DNA of 64,000 nt from Piromyces finnis finn. Its lineage: Eukaryota > Fungi > Neocallimastigomycota. The notes beneath the pieces were generated by a model that was given only the letters and a program-made list of their open reading frames with translations, did not search any database and was not told the origin of the DNA. Positions 61,325 to 64,000 of this stretch are shown here, in pieces. The stretch is taken from NCBI GenBank assembly GCA_002104945.1, contig MCFH01000038.1, positions 186,001-250,000 on the forward strand. The letters are read 5' to 3'. The position numbers and the translations under genes were made by a program. Positions within the stretch are counted from its first letter, which is position 1, and each line of letters begins with the position of its first letter.

Positions 61325-64000
61325 AAATATTATCAATTGAGATAGTATTTACTTAGTACCAACGCCATTGGTTGTTGTTGTTGTTATTGTTCCATTGATT
61401 CCATTGATTGTTGTTGTTGTTGTTCCATTGATTCCATTGATTGTTGTTGTTGTTGTTATTATTCCATTGATTCCATTGATTATTGTTGTTTCCTTGGTTC
61501 CATTGGTTCCATTGATTGTTGTTGTTGTTGTTATTCCATTGATTGTTGTTATTTCCTTGGTCCCATTGATTCCATTGATTGTTGTTGTTGTTGTTGTTCC
61601 ATTGATTGTTGTTGTTACCTTGGTCCCATTGGTTCCATTGATTGTTGTTGTTGTTATTCCATTGATTACCTTGATCAAAAGTAACACCTTGATTACCATT
61701 AGATTGTGGTGGGGCTTGTTGAGTTGGGGCTCCTCCTGCATTACCTCCTGCATTACCTCCATTACCTTGACCAATGTAAACTTTAGCATATGGGAAATCT
61801 GCGGTACCACTAGTACCTGCTCCATTACTACCTGCTTCTCCTAAAACTTTAGCTTCATGCATTTTACCCATAGTCATACCAAGCTTTTCCCATTGAGCAA
61901 AGTGAGCTGAAATATCAATTGTACCACAATCACGTGGGGTTTGACGAATACTAAAGTATTGTTTGAATTGAGTATCACCATCAATAGATGGTCCAAAACG
62001 AGTGTTTTCAAAAACTGTGTATTGAGCACCATCAATGGTGAAATCACCATGTTTCTTATTACCAACCCAATCACCTGGACGATATTGACTAAGCCAGTTA
62101 TCAACAATGTAGAATTCTACAAGTGGATTTCTGGTCCAACCGTAGATACCAACATAGGAATAATCGACATTGGCAATGTTTTGCTTGACAAGTTTGAAGT
62201 CAGCATACATGTGACCAATTTGAGAATGAGATTGAGTACTGTCGAAGGAAAGACCGGAACGACATAAATAATCCTTAGCATTAGAGAAAGAACAAGAGAA
62301 AGAACCATCAGAATAGAAAGTAGCACTGTTATTACCACTATCAGCCCACATTTCATAACCAACACCACCAATGGAACCAACCTTATTTCCGGTTTCCTTA
62401 ACACTTTGACCAGAGTGAGAAGCACTGCTACAGAAGCTTTGAGCTAAAGCAGAAGTAGCAAAAGATAAAGCAACTGGAATGAATTGACTGAATTTCATTT
62501 TTTATTATATATACAAATATTTAAAATTATTTAAAATTTAAATTTTATTTTTTATTAATTCAATTAATAAGTAATTATAATAAGTAATTATAATACAATT
62601 AAAATGATACTATAATAAGAAATATTAATAAATATTAATACTAATGAATTAAAAAAAAAAGAATGAATTGATAAATTTGAAGGAAAAATTTGAAACTATT
62701 TATACAATGAAATTTAAATCATCTCTACTAATCCTTTTTTGAAAATATTTTAAAAATTTCATTTATAAGCAGATTTAAATTAAAAATTCTAGATTTTAAT
62801 TTATTTTCTCTAGGAAATACAATAATAATTTAAGTTTCAAATGAAAATAATTTATATTAAAATTTATGGTATTTATGGAGACATAGGAAGAGATAGGTTT
62901 AAAAAAAATATTAAATTCTAAACAAAAAGAAATAATAATAATATTTGATATTATGAAAATTATCCCAATAAAAAACTATTAAACTTCACATTAACTCAAT
63001 CGATTTAATATAAATGATTTACTTTTTTTTTTTTTTTTTTTAATTAAAAAGGTAGATATAAAAAATCAATAGTAATATAGATAGAGAGATATTTTGAATA
63101 ACTTGTACGAATTTATTTCTTTTCTTTTAATGTATAGTGAATGAGTATATAATAAAGGTATAGTAAAAGTATATTAAATATTATATAAATATTAAATATT
63201 ATTTTAATCGTATTTATCATTTTATCACATCCCATCCTAACAAAAAAAGTATTCATAAAATATTTTATTCAATAACGGCATGCATTTAAAAAAAAATATT
63301 AACAAAACCAACATTATAAAACATTTGTACAACAACCAAGTTCTTTGATATTTTTTAAAATTAGTTATAAATGGTTACACACTAATAATATTGAAAAATA
63401 AACCAATAACTATTTTATATATATATATATATATTTAAAATTTAAATAAATTTTTAATTATTCTTTATTTATTTTTATTTTTATTATTTTTATTATTATG
63501 AGTAAACAATTTCTTTTTTCTATTTTATAAGGTTTGCTTTATAAACTTTATACCTTTTGGGTTTTTAATGTTTATTAATATCAGATATTAAAAAGTTGAA
63601 ACTTTTCTAATATAATAAATTAAATGTTAACAGTTTAATAGATTTGTTGTTTTCTTTAAATTTTAATTTAAAAAATAGTCTATTTTTAGTATCCTACTTT
63701 GTTTAATCTTTCTAAAGTTTTTAATAGTTAAACCTAAATAGTTTTATTTATAAATATTAATATATAATATGAATTTTTTCAACAAACCATTAAAAAAAGT
63801 TCATCATCATATTATTATTCTAATTATTAAACTTTTCTTTCATCATAAAAAAATATTAAAATATATTATCATAAATCATAAATCCATAATAATAAATTAA
63901 TAAATAAAATAATTATTTGAAAAGTTAAAAATTTGTGACAACTTTAACAACAATATTTAAATTTTATAAAAATTAAAGTTACATTATAGTTCTCATACCA
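61325..64000. repeat. Direct segmental repeat, partner of about 42400-45015, running off the window
   Basis: Matches copy 1 and its upstream DNA apart from homopolymer and microsatellite length changes and tail length. Confidence 0.9.
61353..62498 (-). CDS. GH11 xylanase copy 6 (381 aa, type I tail, ends WRWY)
   Basis: Same catalytic protein as copy 1. One synonymous change was seen at 62436. Confidence 0.96.
   Translation of the reverse strand: MKFSQFIPVALSFATSALAQSFCSSASHSGQSVKETGNKVGSIGGVGYEMWADSGNNSATFYSDGSFSCSFSNAKDYLCRSGLSFDSTQSHSQIGHMYADFKLVKQNIANVDYSYVGIYGWTRNPLVEFYIVDNWLSQYRPGDWVGNKKHGDFTIDGAQYTVFENTRFGPSIDGDTQFKQYFSIRQTPRDCGTIDISAHFAQWEKLGMTMGKMHEAKVLGEAGSNGAGTSGTADFPYAKVYIGQGNGGNAGGNAGGAPTQQAPPQSNGNQGVTFDQGNQWNNNNNNQWNQWDQGNNNNQWNNNNNNNQWNQWDQGNNNNQWNNNNNNNQWNQWNQGNNNNQWNQWNNNNNNNNQWNQWNNNNNNQWNQWNNNNNNNQWRWY

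Noticed and set aside
42423-62425. Many overlapping ORFs at the xylanase loci (poly-Val/Pro/Leu/Ile, Cys-rich, MEQVLVVP..., MLITGLVN..., MTNTKVLF...)
   Set aside because: These are alternative-frame and antisense shadows of GC-richer coding DNA and AAC/CAA repeats. Their recurrence simply follows from copy identity.

Overview
Very AT-rich, intron-rich eukaryotic DNA. The GH11 sequences, base composition and intron style point to an anaerobic gut fungus (Neocallimastigomycota); this is an inference. The window has three zones. (1) 1-14.8 kb: a stack of LTR retrotransposon insertions directly upstream of a tRNA-Cys gene (14745-14816). Four LTR units from two families (B and C, termini TGAT...ATCA) lie end to end, each followed by the same 4-mer AGAA, and the nearest ends 16 nt before the tRNA. 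A third family (A, an intact chromovirus-like Ty3/Gypsy with a Tf1-type self-priming signature) has inserted twice about 50 nt inside the tRNA-facing end of those LTRs. Element B encodes only Gag plus protease. (2) 14.9-41.3 kb: ordinary multi-exon genes (dCMP deaminase, STE20/GCK kinase, TRAPPC8/Trs85, TBC1D13-like RabGAP, a type-I membrane protein). (3) 42.4-64 kb: six intronless secreted GH11 xylanase genes with essentially identical first 267 codons but length-variable N/Q/W-rich tails ending WRWY or WRWW and no dockerin. They are arranged in inverted and direct segmental duplications, with a decayed seventh copy, a LINE remnant and an ankyrin-like remnant. Coordinates and alignments were derived by eye, so exon edges and repeat boundaries may be off by a few bases.
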